Positions 23,455-34,590 of a DNA stretch of 64,000 nt are shown here, one piece after another (within the stretch, counting starts at the first letter, position 1; every line of letters begins with the position of its first letter). The DNA is from an uncultured Nitrososphaeraceae archaeon (GTDB lineage Archaea > Thermoproteota > Nitrososphaeria > Nitrososphaerales > Nitrososphaeraceae): the NCBI GenBank assembly GCA_963825865.1, contig CAWGVG010000026.1, positions 1 through 64,000 on the forward strand, written 5' to 3'. Under the pieces are notes generated by a model. That model was not told the DNA's origin and did no database searches. It saw nothing but the letters and a program-made list of their open reading frames with translations. Made by a program: the position numbers and the translations under genes.

Positions 23455-24642
23455 CTATGATAGAAAAATCTGTCGTTGATTATTATTTGTAACCAGAACT
23501 CTTTCTGTGTCATCTTCTCCTTGCCTTATCAATTTCCTTATGGTAGCGACTGAAAAGTCCGCATCTTCAAATAGGAAATGAGTTTTTTCTGGTCTTTCTA
23601 TACGCACGATTTCCTTTATTATTGCGCCGCGTTTACGGGCAAGTTTATTGTACTCAAGTTCCATTTTGTCAAATCTGTCTTTTAATAATTCTACGTCATC
23701 ATTGCCTTTTTCTTTGAGTTTGAGATTACTAGTGATCATCATCAGCAAATCATGCATTTCTTTTAAAAGTGATAAATGTCTTGATATAATTTTTGACAAT
23801 CTGACATTATTATCTGTCTTATCGGTGTAAATTATGTCTCTGGCTCTATGCCAGGCCTCGAACATGTCTTGTGGAAGCTCTTTTTGGTAGTGAGGGAAAA
23901 TATTAACCAAATAAACCATTTTATCTAATACAGGGGAAGCATCTATAACTTCGCGTAGTGGAGTATTGCTAAGTAGAGCACCATCCCACAGATATCTGCC
24001 ATCTTTTTGCGTCCATGCTATACCATAGAAAGGAAAACCAGCACTTGCAATAACATGATCTGCATTAATATTGGTATGCTTGCTGTCAGATATGACGGGC
24101 TCGCTTGTTTGTATGTCTGTAGAAGTTACAATCAATCTAGGTTTATTTGGGTTTCCTAATTTGGTAAAATCAACATAGCGGCTCAGAGTTCTCTTAAGAG
24201 GTGTTATATCAAATAGTGGATACGGCAATGGTCTAAATGGTTGAAGGTAGTTGAAAAAACCTGATACAATCCATCTTGGAAAGAAAGCATTAGGATTTCC
24301 ATACATGGCAGAATATATTGATGCTAAAATAGCCCTCGACTCATCTGTAAAATATAATGATGAAAATTGTTGTGGTAAAGGTATAAGAGTTTCTGCGAGT
24401 TCTAACCAAAAGGCTTCAAGTTCTTTTGCAGCATTTTTAACACTATCGCAGTTATTAGAAGCAGCAGCTATTATTGTTGCATTAAGAGCTCCAATCGATG
24501 TACCTGACACGATATCGAATTTTATGTTATGTTTTGCAAGGGTTTTGTATACTCCACATTCATATGCGCCAAGTGAACCTCCTCCTTGCAGTACAAGAAC
24601 TGTTTCTGCGGATAATTCTTCTTTATTTCTGTTGATTTCCAT
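23455..24642 (-). CDS. Patatin-like phospholipase/esterase
   Basis: LQGGGSLGAY, GTSIG (catalytic Ser) and WDGALLSNTP (catalytic Asp). Confidence 0.95.
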   Translation of the reverse strand: MEINRNKEELSAETVLVLQGGGSLGAYECGVYKTLAKHNIKFDIVSGTSIGALNATIIAAASNNCDSVKNAAKELEAFWLELAETLIPLPQQFSSLYFTDESRAILASIYSAMYGNPNAFFPRWIVSGFFNYLQPFRPLPYPLFDITPLKRTLSRYVDFTKLGNPNKPRLIVTSTDIQTSEPVISDSKHTNINADHVIASAGFPFYGIAWTQKDGRYLWDGALLSNTPLREVIDASPVLDKMVYLVNIFPHYQKELPQDMFEAWHRARDIIYTDKTDNNVRLSKIISRHLSLLKEMHDLLMMITSNLKLKEKGNDDVELLKDRFDKMELEYNKLARKRGAIIKEIVRIERPEKTHFLFEDADFSVATIRKLIRQGEDDTERVLVTNNNQRQIFLS

Positions 24643-24879
24643 ACTGTGCTATACACAGTATTATATCATCAATTCGTTTATTAACCAGTGAACAGGAACC
24701 TGTTTATTTTTAGTCTAACATATATATTGACATTGAGCACAAGAATGGACTTGTTGGTATCTTCCCGCTTCTGGAACGCATAGATATCGCATATATCTAT
24801 GCGAGCGTCCATATTAGGTGGCTTCAAACCAGGTGCATCAAAATGATCTGCCATGGTTATCTTCTCCTCCTCTTCCCCT

Positions 24880-25263
24880 TTTTTGCATTATGTCCATTAG
24901 TATCAAAGATGTTAGGCCCGTTAGTATCCATGGTTCATTTTTTATCTCTATGACTTTTTGTGTCATTATCAAGTTATGTAGTTCACAATTGATTTATATC
25001 TTGTCTGAATAGGGGTGGACGTTATACTTGCCAGGTATTAGCAATCAGATATTAGGACAAAAATGCTAGTGCAGGACTAAACTATAATTTTCAGAAGTAT
25101 TTTGGAAATGTTCTAATGCTAACAATCGATTTGTAAATGCAAAGACATTAAAGCCATATTCTTTTAATGATAGTTGAATTACTCCAACAACAATATCAAA
25201 CTCCATCAAATAAAAGAATAGACGATGATGATGTGAAGCATCATAAGTTTTTGACCTAATCAT
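24880..25263 (-). pseudogene. Response regulator receiver domain, degraded
   Basis: EFDIVVGVIQLSLKEYGFNVFAFTNRLLALEHFQ...YSLVL, then frameshifts. Confidence 0.7.
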
Positions 25264-25539
25264 TTTGAGTTAACATATCCATCTCTTTTGATGTATGTTA
25301 ACAATAATGATAATCAATTTTTTGTTTTGTCTAGCATATTAGTTGCTTTATCAGTACTATTTTGTAGGTATTGATTGTTTATATCAAACTCTTAAAAGAT
25401 ATACTGTACCTATTATGAACAATATCTTCATACAACTTTCAAAATATGCCTCAGAAGAAGTTTAGTTTTGGCATAACTACAGAAAAAGGTTAGCTAAGGT
25501 TGTGCTCAAATTTAATATATTGATAATATGAAATACCTC

Positions 25540-25630
25540 CGCCACATAGAAGAAGGTACTCTTGAAGAATACAATCTAACATGTCCTTGGCATGACGGTG
25601 TTTTCGATGTGCGGGATACAACAGTATACT
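25540..25630 (+). pseudogene. Rieske-type ferredoxin fragment
   Basis: EGTLEEYNLTCPWHDGVFDVRD contains the second Rieske motif CPWH. Confidence 0.7.
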
Positions 25631-25679
25631 GTATACTTTCAGATCAAACTCCTTGGGCTGCATTTTATTTAAGGGATTG

Positions 25680-25924
25680 CAAATGTCCTGCGAAAGTAAA
25701 GCATAGTACAGTAATTCCTGGTAATCGAAAATGGGTTTTTCTAATCCGTCTTTTGTTGGCAACCCAATAATGTGGTTAAAGCAGCACTCTCCTTTTGTCC
25801 TGATATCTTCTTGTTTGTGCTCTTCTATATTCCAAATCCAGAATGGCTTGTTCTGTAATTTGTCAAAGGACTGCGTTTGTTGTTGGTTACTGCTTATTAT
25901 CCTCTTCAGATCTTTGAATGTCAT
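25680..25924 (-). pseudogene. N-terminal fragment of a terminase large subunit-like ATPase
   Basis: KPFWIWNIEEHK...CCFNHIIGLPTKDG..KPIFDYQ (adenine-binding YQ motif); breaks before Walker A. Family call from recall. Confidence 0.6.
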
Positions 25925-26017
25925 TGTTATTATGTTTCTTATCTACAGTAACAGCGTCACCAACTTTATGCTTTTCATTTTCTCCTTTTCCAGAGGCACG
26001 TAATCATAAGCGTGTGT

Positions 26018-26275
26018 TTATTTTGCAAATATGGCAAGCTGTTTTGTTATCTCGATCATCTTCTTCATATCCTTGCCTATTGGAGAAAACTTATGACCAA
26101 ACATTATATGCTCTACGCCCATCGCTTTGATTCGATCAATGTCAGCTCCAATTTGGTCAATGGTACCGGTCATAGGCAATCTCTGTTGATCTGAGGAGGA
26201 GGAAGTTGCAGAAGAAGAAGAGGAAGAGTCTAGCACATTTGGGTACGTCAACGCAAATACACGAATCTTCCCCCC
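26018..26275 (-). pseudogene. LLM-class flavin/F420-dependent oxidoreductase C-terminal fragment
   Basis: RLPMTGTIDQIGADIDRIKAMGVEHIMFG. Confidence 0.65.
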
Positions 26276-26291
26276 GTGTGCACAACAATAA

Positions 26292-26700
26292 TCAAAAAAC
26301 TTGATTTATTGTTATTTGCCCAGTTTCCTGTTCTTGCTTTTCTTCCCCTACTTTAACACATTTTTGATCGTCATAATCAGGCTCATTAGGTTCTTTCTTG
26401 TTGTCTTCATTGCCGCTGCCATCAGTATGTATCTTCTCTCTCCTGTCTTCTGCCTGCTGCGAGGTATTCCATGCTTCCCTCAGGATTGCTGTCAATCCTA
26501 CCAGACATTTCTCGTACTCTTCTGGCAGCCTTTCGTCAATGTATTTTTTGATGTTATCTTTTGCTTGTTGTCTTAGATAAGAAATCCCTGTTAACTGTAC
26601 CAATACTTACTTGTACTATAGATGCTATCTCTGGCTGGCTATGGCCTTGGCTATCAAGTTCTGCTACTTTGCTCCTTCGCCATGCGATTTACTGCTGCAT
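26292..26700 (-). pseudogene. HTH plus helical protein (terminase small subunit-like), disrupted
   Basis: IAWRRSKVAELDSQGHSQPEIASIVQVSIGTVNRD / SYLRQQAKDNIKKYIDERLPEEYEKCLVGLTAILREAW; lies upstream of the TerL-like fragment on the same strand. Confidence 0.6.
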
Positions 26701-26723
26701 TTGCGCGTGTCATAATGATAGTT

Positions 26724-27257
26724 CTATTCTGCCTTAGTTAAAACACGATCTCTAACTTCGACACGAATATCTACAAGAGCAAAGTGAATATCTATGCAGT
26801 CTTCTAATCTTTCATCGATTTCACTGCGAGTAATGTCTCTATAATTTGTTTGTCCTCTATCATCATATGATATAAGCCTAATTCTATCCGTATAGTTCTT
26901 TGCCAGGAATCCATCTGATGTATCAAGCATCGAATGAGCTAGGAAGTTACGAAATTGCCTGATTTTGTTCAAGTCCCTTATTAGCTTAGGATATCGTTGA
27001 GTTAGATCATGATAGTGTATATCAAGAATCTTTTCTAAGATTTCGATTCCAGATGCAAAAGTATAGTCGCTGCCATTCAATATAAGAGAAATAAACTGTT
27101 TATGCTTCTCTTCATCAGAACAGAAATGATATGAAATAATGTCTTTAACTAGTTCTTCAATAGGGATTACATGAGCTAGATAAGCTCCGCGTATAACCAT
27201 ATCGTATTCAATAACTTTGGCAACTTTTTCGTTTCTGTCGTTGGTGATGTTTGACAA
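26724..27257 (-). CDS. HEPN-like domain protein
   Basis: Helical protein with IEELVKDII and the RxxxxH motif RNFLAH. Confidence 0.6.
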   Translation of the reverse strand: MSNITNDRNEKVAKVIEYDMVIRGAYLAHVIPIEELVKDIISYHFCSDEEKHKQFISLILNGSDYTFASGIEILEKILDIHYHDLTQRYPKLIRDLNKIRQFRNFLAHSMLDTSDGFLAKNYTDRIRLISYDDRGQTNYRDITRSEIDERLEDCIDIHFALVDIRVEVRDRVLTKAE

Positions 27258-27767
27258 TTTTCAATTATTTGACATGTCGTCTTTGGCTATTTAGTGTTGA
27301 TGCATCCAAAACATTTTAGACCAACACAAATACATGTAGAGTCTAATGCTATTATATTAACTGGATGATATAGTGCCACAATTGTTTATCTTCACAAGGT
27401 ATAATTGAGTAACTTGTGAACACGGATATATTTTTCCTAAAATATTGTGGGAATTAACATTATTGACTGGCACTATAAGTGCAGGGGAAAACCAGACATG
27501 CATGATTAATAACCTCAGACTCGCACCACCGGCACCTCCACCACCAGGTTAAGCTAACAAAACTCTCACTATTTTTTATATTGTGAAAAAATATTACCTA
27601 CTTCAGAACTACTGAAATAGTATTATTTGGGTTATGATTAAGAGTTGCTGATATGTTTTCTAACTCTTGATATGCTAAATTATCTGTCTGATTATTATCC
27701 TGCAAATTATTTGTCTTGATGTAATTGTTTGTTTACATTGTAATGGTTTCAACCCCAAATTCTCCAG

Positions 27768-28196
27768 ATGGCTTATTCGAAAAAAGAGACATGTATCTAC
27801 AAGCGTTTATTACTAGATTATACTTATGGTCTTGATAAGATATACACTAAAGAAATAGAAAAAGCAAAGGCTTCTCCAAGTTTTGAGCGAGAATACAACT
27901 TAAAGTATCTTGGAGGTATTGGCAATATTTTTAGTCCTTCTGATATAGATGCTGCAATCAAAGAATACGATATAGTACAATATCCTCCTGATATTCATGG
28001 CGTGATGGGATTAGATCCTGGATGGGGTACAAGTGCTTTTGGTATAGTCATAACCCATTTCGTAGATGGTCTTATCAAAGTAGTACATGCCGATGAACAT
28101 AGCAGATCTGACCATAGTGAGATGTTAGAGCTTGTCTCGGGATCTTATTCAAAAATAACTTGTCAAAAGGTATGCCCTGGTTACGAATTGCAATAA
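27768..28196 (+). pseudogene. Terminase large subunit C-terminal (RNase H-like nuclease) fragment
   Basis: FEREYNLKYLGGIGNIF hinge followed by MGLDPGWGTSAFGIV (hhGhDxG nuclease motif). Confidence 0.7.
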
Positions 28197-28728
28197 TGTC
28201 TTTTATTTTGCAACAACACAACGAGACGAAAACTAACAATAGTTGCTATTTTTATGGCAGCAACACTAGTAGTAGGAACATTCGCAGTAACAACAACCAC
28301 AATAGCAACAACAGGACAATCAGCATTTGCTTATTCACAAAAGAAGAAAGGAGTAGGAGAAGAGAGTAGAAACGGTAACACAATTACCATTCAGAAATAC
28401 AAACAAGCAGCGTCACAAAGTGGATTTGATAACAACCAAGGGCAGGAATGTGAAAACCTGATATGTACTCATCCACATGAAAATGCAACTTGTACACAAG
28501 AAGGAGCTGTTGCTGTAACACCAATACCAACACCTAAAACTTGCGAAGAATGTATCACGACTATACTTACGCCCTATACTTACGCCCCAACAGATAACTG
28601 CGCTTGTACATGCATTAAAGGATACAGAGCCGTACAAACTTTCTAACCGTATATCAGAGGATAGCCTAGCCAATCAGCTAGTGCAATGTCTACTAAATGC
28701 TGGAGTACATATAACTAATCCTACTTAG
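28196..28728 (+). CDS. Secreted Cys-rich protein, paralogue A (frameshifted)
   Basis: Signal-like MAATLVVGTFAV...AFA; GNTITIQ, QECENLICTHP, NATCTQE and TCEEC; C-terminus LVQCLLNAGV in another frame. Confidence 0.65.
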
Positions 28729-29100
28729 CTATACACAAGGGAAGTAAAACACACCTTCCCTATTTTTTATATCGCAGCAGAGAAAGGCCTGAGTAGAGTA
28801 TTAATTATTCTTTATTAACTTTAGTCATCCTTCTATTAGCTCCTGATAATCTCTTCAGTAAAAAATACTAAGGACTGAGACTACTTCCTACTGACGAGAG
28901 AAAATTTGTAAGGACTTGATTAATAGAGTTGTCTAGTAATATGGTATAATTGAACTACTATTGATAGGTAAATAAGTAATTTAGCATCATATGATATCCT
29001 TAATAGTTATACAAAATAAGTTAGCACCAAATTATATTAAATAAGTCAGCAATAACTTACTCAAGTCAAATATATCAATGACTTTGAATTGAGTACATAT

Positions 29101-29663
29101 ATGAAGAACAATACAACTTCACGATATCTAACAGTAAGCTCGCATCCTAGTGGCAGCAACACTAGTAGTAGGAATAGGAACCTTAGCAACAACTACAAGT
29201 ACTGCATTTGCCTATCAACAAAAGAAGAACAAGGGATCACAAGATAATGGCAAGCAGCAGAAATAATAGTAATAAGAATGGCAACACAGTTACCATAGAG
29301 GAATGCAAGAATAGGGGTTCTGCAAGCAGATTTGATACCGCAGTAGACCAAGAATGTGCAAACCTGATATGTACTCACCCAGCCAACAACGCAACTTGTG
29401 CACAAGAGGAAGTTGTAACACCAAAACCAAAATTAACTTGCGAACAATGTTTTACGACGACACTTAACTCAAAACAGAAAACCGACTTCGAAACTCGATT
29501 TGGAACATTTGTGGACACATGTGCATTTTTTGTGGATCCAGCCGAGGGCCCACCATCAGAAAATAATTTCAGAGCACAGCTTCAGAATTTAGGGATTCCT
29601 CTACCTACAATTAATGAGCTAATAGCGTGTCTAAAACAAGCTGGTATAGTGTTTACGACATAA
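29101..29663 (+). CDS. Secreted Cys-rich protein, paralogue B (frameshifted signal region)
   Basis: GNTVTIEEC, QECANLICTHP, NATCAQE, TCEQC and LIACLKQAGI. Confidence 0.65.
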
Positions 29664-29824
29664 CAGTACACTACATGCTGAAAGAGCTATGAGAGATTAA
29701 TTAATAAAATATATGTATTGAGCGCATATATATCCAATAACTTTTATTTTTTGAAGTCACAATAAAAAAGTGTAATAATAGGTTGTAGGAAGTAAGTCTA
29801 TACAAGCACCTACCTACTAGCGCT

Positions 29825-30016
29825 TTATCTACTACTCATCTCTTCAGTTTTTAACCTGTGTTCAGGATCGTATATCTCATAACACCTTTTGCATAAATGC
29901 AGGATATTACCAAAGTCTGTGTATACTTTTAGTTCAGCTTTGCGATTACAGAGCCAGTAACAAAAAAGAGGATGATGATGAGGAGCAGAAGCAGTATCAA
30001 CACCATCATTGGCCAT
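29825..30016 (-). CDS. Small zinc-finger protein
   Basis: CYWLC...HLCKRC pair; start taken at MAND. Confidence 0.45.
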   Translation of the reverse strand: MANDGVDTASAPHHHPLFCYWLCNRKAELKVYTDFGNILHLCKRCYEIYDPEHRLKTEEMSSR

Positions 30017-30173
30017 TTTTATTATTATAGATAGATATAGATCATTATTAGAATAACTTTTCTCTATCCATGTCAATCTCATCGCCATCGATCTCCAAAA
30101 CGTCAAAGTAATTTATGAAAAGTTTGTAAATGTAGCAAGTATATTAGGTGTATATTTTTATCAAATATTTTTA

Positions 30174-30904
30174 GTGCCTTTGTGGCTTCAGTTCATAGTA
30201 TCATTCTTCATAGGTCTGTTAGTAGGTGTTAAAATTCACAATTCAATCAACGATAGCAAGGTATTCCAACGAATAGCCGGTTTCATCGTGGGAAAATTCT
30301 TTACACATCAATATGATTTTGAACCCATACTTGTATTTCTAGAAGGCTCGGAGATCACAAAAATTGCAATCTCAGGAAGGGGGAACTAGATTCTGAACCA
30401 CACAGAAATGATATTTTTGTAAAACAAAATTATCACAACGAAGGCGAGTCAGTGTTTTCTTTGCAAGAACCAGTATATGTAAAAGGCAAGAGAGTACCAG
30501 AAACACCTCCACAAAGGGTAATTTTTAAAGAATTTGAAGATACCGAATTAGAGTATGGCCATGATGATAATAATAATCACTATAGTCCAAAGTTTGCGAT
30601 AGTAACATGTTATCATGCATTTACTGGTGAAGAAATATACTATGATGAGCCTGTATTTAAAGAAAAAAATATACTGAATTTTACTTTGAAGAAACTAACA
30701 GATAATATCTTGGATGATTGGTACAACCAGAGGGGTTTTGGACATGAAGTTAGTGATCCATTCACTTTCCCATACATAAGATTTGCTGGCGAAGTAAATA
30801 AGGGTAGGCCAGCTATTCTTGCTTTGCTTGAGGCTTTGTCTATGATAATGAAAGGTCTTATTGCATTAAAAAATTTTCTAGCTTCATTCAGAAAAAAACA
30901 GTAA
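30174..30904 (+). CDS. Membrane-anchored hypothetical protein, split into two ORFs
   Basis: N-terminal TM ORF plus a same-strand 150-aa ORF; probable frameshift near 30380. Confidence 0.45.
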
Positions 30905-31285
30905 GAAAAAGTGACGAATTGATAACGCATAAAAGAAAATTTCGAAATCTTTCACATAATAGTAAAGTCTAGGTCTAGGAGGTAGGATTATTTCCTGTTC
31001 TGCTATGCCTATAGTTTACCTCCTCATCTTCAGGTCAAAGTGTTATCAGAGCGAGCGGTTCATTCGCAAAATAAGGCTGATAAATTTAAGGAGGATAATA
31101 AAACAGTTGACATTGTTAACATCTACTATCTTAAAACGCAGCATAAATACCCAAACTTTACAAATTAGCGTTGTTCTTTAATGATTTTATAATATGCTGA
31201 TCTGTATAAAGTTAGTTAAAACGAAGTTTGGATTATCAGTTAAGGTAGATATGCCTACGGATTGGAGCATTGATGTCAATTCTTG

Positions 31286-31708
31286 TCAAATCTTTGGCTC
31301 TTTTGCTACTACTATTTCTCCTATTGGCTCTTTGATGTGTTCATGAAACGCCTGCTGATGTTTTCTATGAGTAATTTTACTATCAAATAGCACCTCCCAG
31401 TCAGGGCATTTGTATTTAATTATACCCAACTCCTCAACCCTATTTTCTGCTGCTAATGATGATGATGATGGTTTTGATTCAGCTATCGTAATTATACCAG
31501 ATAATGAGAATTCCTTATTTACAATTGCCTGTTTGCTATCCAAAGTATACAGCTCTGCTGCTTCTGACAACACTTTATTAAATGTTAGAGAATCAACCTC
31601 GATTTTAGTTGGAGGATTATACCCAGCTTCTTTGAAATTATTTGCCAATGCAATGATTGAGTCAGTTAGAATACTTTTACGTTTATCAACAACAGTGTCT
31701 GCTGACAT
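31286..31708 (-). CDS. Hypothetical protein with a degenerate C2H2 finger
   Basis: YKCPDWEVLFDSKITHRKHQQAFH (second Cys replaced by Trp). Confidence 0.55.
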   Translation of the reverse strand: MSADTVVDKRKSILTDSIIALANNFKEAGYNPPTKIEVDSLTFNKVLSEAAELYTLDSKQAIVNKEFSLSGIITIAESKPSSSSLAAENRVEELGIIKYKCPDWEVLFDSKITHRKHQQAFHEHIKEPIGEIVVAKEPKI

Positions 31709-32033
31709 TTTTTATTTCCTCTCTAAATGGTATCCCTAATAGCAAGTAATAAATTTTAACAATTTGATGAAATGGTATGAAAGATATCTATTTCATTTTC
31801 AGAGTTGTCTAGTGTTTAAACCTTTCTAGTTTATTACAGACTGTCTTAACCTAATTCGGTTATCATTCTTAACACTGAATTCTGAATTTAAAAGGTACTC
31901 TTGATTAGCAGATCTAATATCGGTACTTTTCTGTTTATGTCATAGCTAGACTATATGCAATAAGGCTCACGCAATTAACCCTAAAGTGCATTATATTTAT
32001 TCATGGTTAATTATCACATAACTAAAAAATATA

Positions 32034-32480
32034 CTATACTGCTTTCTCTTTAGCAACTACTTTTTTAATTTCATCAACAACTCTTTTTATGCTATCTGGC
32101 ATTCCTTTAGATGCATTTGTCCATGCTGTTGTATGTGTTTTATCACCACCCATTGTAATTGCTAAACTATATGCAACGAGAGTTGGGTCATCTTCTTTTT
32201 CTGGAGGATAGTCAGTTTTAGTTTTAAAGAATTCAGTTTCTGTTATTGTATTTTTTAAGTCCATTTTATCTGTATCAGAGAGAGGTCTTTGGGATATATT
32301 GGAACCTGAAATATCGCTAGATGTGGTAAGATTATTTGTCTTTGAATCAAATGATATCAATAAATAGCGTGCAGTTAATCCACCCGATTCTGTATATTTG
32401 AATGAAAAATCATCATCTGTATTGATGGATGATACTTCTTCTTTCTCTCTTCTTTGGCTGGCAGACGCGTTATTATACAT
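32034..32480 (-). CDS. Emfourin-like (M4 protease inhibitor family) protein
   Basis: KYTESGGL, LSDTDKMDLK, YSLAIT and HTTAWT...PDSIKRVV pattern recalled for this family. Confidence 0.55.
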   Translation of the reverse strand: MYNNASASQRREKEEVSSINTDDDFSFKYTESGGLTARYLLISFDSKTNNLTTSSDISGSNISQRPLSDTDKMDLKNTITETEFFKTKTDYPPEKEDDPTLVAYSLAITMGGDKTHTTAWTNASKGMPDSIKRVVDEIKKVVAKEKAV

Positions 32481-33059
32481 AAAAACAAAATGGGTAATGA
32501 TTAGTTTTATACCTTGTCCTTATGCAAATTTCTATAGTGTGTATCTCACTAAACCAGAAGAGGACCTTATAACTTACTTAAAAGTACGTTGTCAATATTT
32601 GTTACAATATGAGCCAAAATCCAAAGAAAAAGGGATAAAGATTCTTCTTTTAGGTCAGTTTGTTAGTTTAAACGACCGTGTCGGGTTCACAGTAGACTGT
32701 GCATCATGTATATTGGTCTATTTTCTAAATACACTAAATCCAAACATTCGAAGTGAAGGAGTCGATGATAAATTTAGATTTAAAAATATGCTGCAATGAA
32801 TATTGGATGATACTACTCCAATTAGATACCACGCTTCAGTTCTCTTTATAAAAAGAATAAGAAAAATAAGACTAAGGAAAGAAGACTTGCTTCATAATTA
32901 TTATTATTGTTGTTGATTTTGAAAATAATCTTGCAAGAGCGTCGCTCATTTGACCGCCTGCAGAATCACTGTTATATTGAAATCACAGTATTTGTGCAAC
33001 ACCGATAATCAGAGATCATTGAGCTAGGTTCGGTTTGGTTATGGTAATCCCTGGAGGTG

Positions 33060-33470
33060 TCGCTGGCGGTGAATTTTCTTAAGGTGGTATTATTGGTCGT
33101 TGTGATAAGGATGATATTGATCTTGGTAGTGAAGTTGTTGTTGTTGGCGGAGTACCTCTGATGCTTTTATTGATTTTGGAAGACCGCAAACATTTGACTC
33201 TTGTATTAACAAACTTGAGTTTTGGGTTATCAGGATCACACATTTGTAATTTTTCTTCTGGTGATACAGCAGTAGTAATAGGAGAAGCAGGCGATGGTGA
33301 TGGCGAAGTAGGTAAGGGCAATGCAGGAGGGGCAGAAGAAGAAGAATGAGATGTCTATTGTCCTTGTTCTTCCTCTTGTGCTTGAGTCACATTAAATACG
33401 CCAGTTACAAATACAATACTTATAGCGGTAACAAAAACAATAATAACAGCTTTAGAAAATGCCATTCTTA
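33060..33470 (-). pseudogene. Pro/Ser/Thr-rich secreted protein, frameshifted
   Basis: Signal-like start and CDPDNPKLKFVN..SNVCGLPK motif; paralogous DNA at 52130-52330. Confidence 0.5.
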
Positions 33471-33647
33471 TTGTAAGTATATTTTTTGTAATCATTATTT
33501 TTTTCATAGTTTTAGTTATGTATACAAAATTTTGAATTTAATAGAGGATAGTTACTAGTTGTTGGTTGTTTTGTCACTATTCTTTAGTGCAATTCTAGTT
33601 CTTCTTGACTATATTTTTTGCCGTTTCTCTGACTTTTTCTTTCTTTC

Positions 33648-34082
33648 TTATGTTCTTGCTGTTGCCTCTCTCTTTCCGATGGTGATAAATCCTCCGTTTA
33701 ACTTTTCTCTTAGTATGTCTAACCTGGCTACTACACCAATAAGCTTATTGTTATTAGTGTCATTTTCTACTACAGGTACCAATACAATTTCCTTTTGAAT
33801 CATGATATCAATTATATCTTCTAATCGCGTATCTTTCTTTACCACTGATGGATTGGGAGTCATTATGTCTTTTGCTACCATGGTATTGAGCTTCCTATTG
33901 CCATTATCACGTACAGCTTTAAGATATCAATTGCAGTAACTATACCTACAACACCCCCACTATCATCAACTACTGGTACTCTGTTAAACTCTCCTGCTAT
34001 TAGCCTTGCACTAATCCCTTCTGCGCTAGTATTTTCTTTTGCAACTACAACCTGTGTGAAACATTAGATCACTAGCGTTCAT
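33648..34082 (-). CDS. CBS domain pair protein, frameshifted
   Basis: VPVVDDSGGVVGIVTAIDIL and AKDIMTPNP...VPVVEND..LIGVVARLDIL. Confidence 0.8.
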
Positions 34083-34389
34083 TTATTAATAATCGCTCTA
34101 CAATACCTATACCGATATCATTTATTACCATTTTAAATTTTGTTAATAAACTGTCTTAATGAGGAGGCAATTCTTTATTAGGGCAATCTTTAACGGAACT
34201 GAGTACAAAATTAGGTATAGACATATGGCACAAAAACCCTGACAAAGTTGGTTCTGATTCTAAGTTAGATTTAAGAAATGATATTGTACATAATTGAGAC
34301 TGGGGCATAATTCCCTGTTTATATTTTTGCCAATTTCTATTGATGATTTGGTATAAAGCTAGCCTCAGGGTGTCTGATGTTTTATGGTG

Positions 34390-34590
34390 ACAAACCTTCA
34401 AACAGTCACAAAGGCCAACTGCAACAAATAACATTACATCAGAATCCATCTTAATTGGCATTCTATATTTGATAGGGCTGATACATTGGCTAGAATCACA
34501 CAGGAAAAGAAGAGGAAGACCAAATGTCTACCATCCAACTGTGATATTGAGATGTTTTGTAGTCAGGATATGGCGGAGATTGGCATTAGG
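34390..34590 (+). mobile_element. Transposase N-terminal remnant (IS4/IS5-like)
   Basis: Hand translation ESILIGILYLIGLIHW...KRRGRPNVYHPTVILRCFVVRIW; GRP..Y motif of DDE transposase N-termini. Confidence 0.55.
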
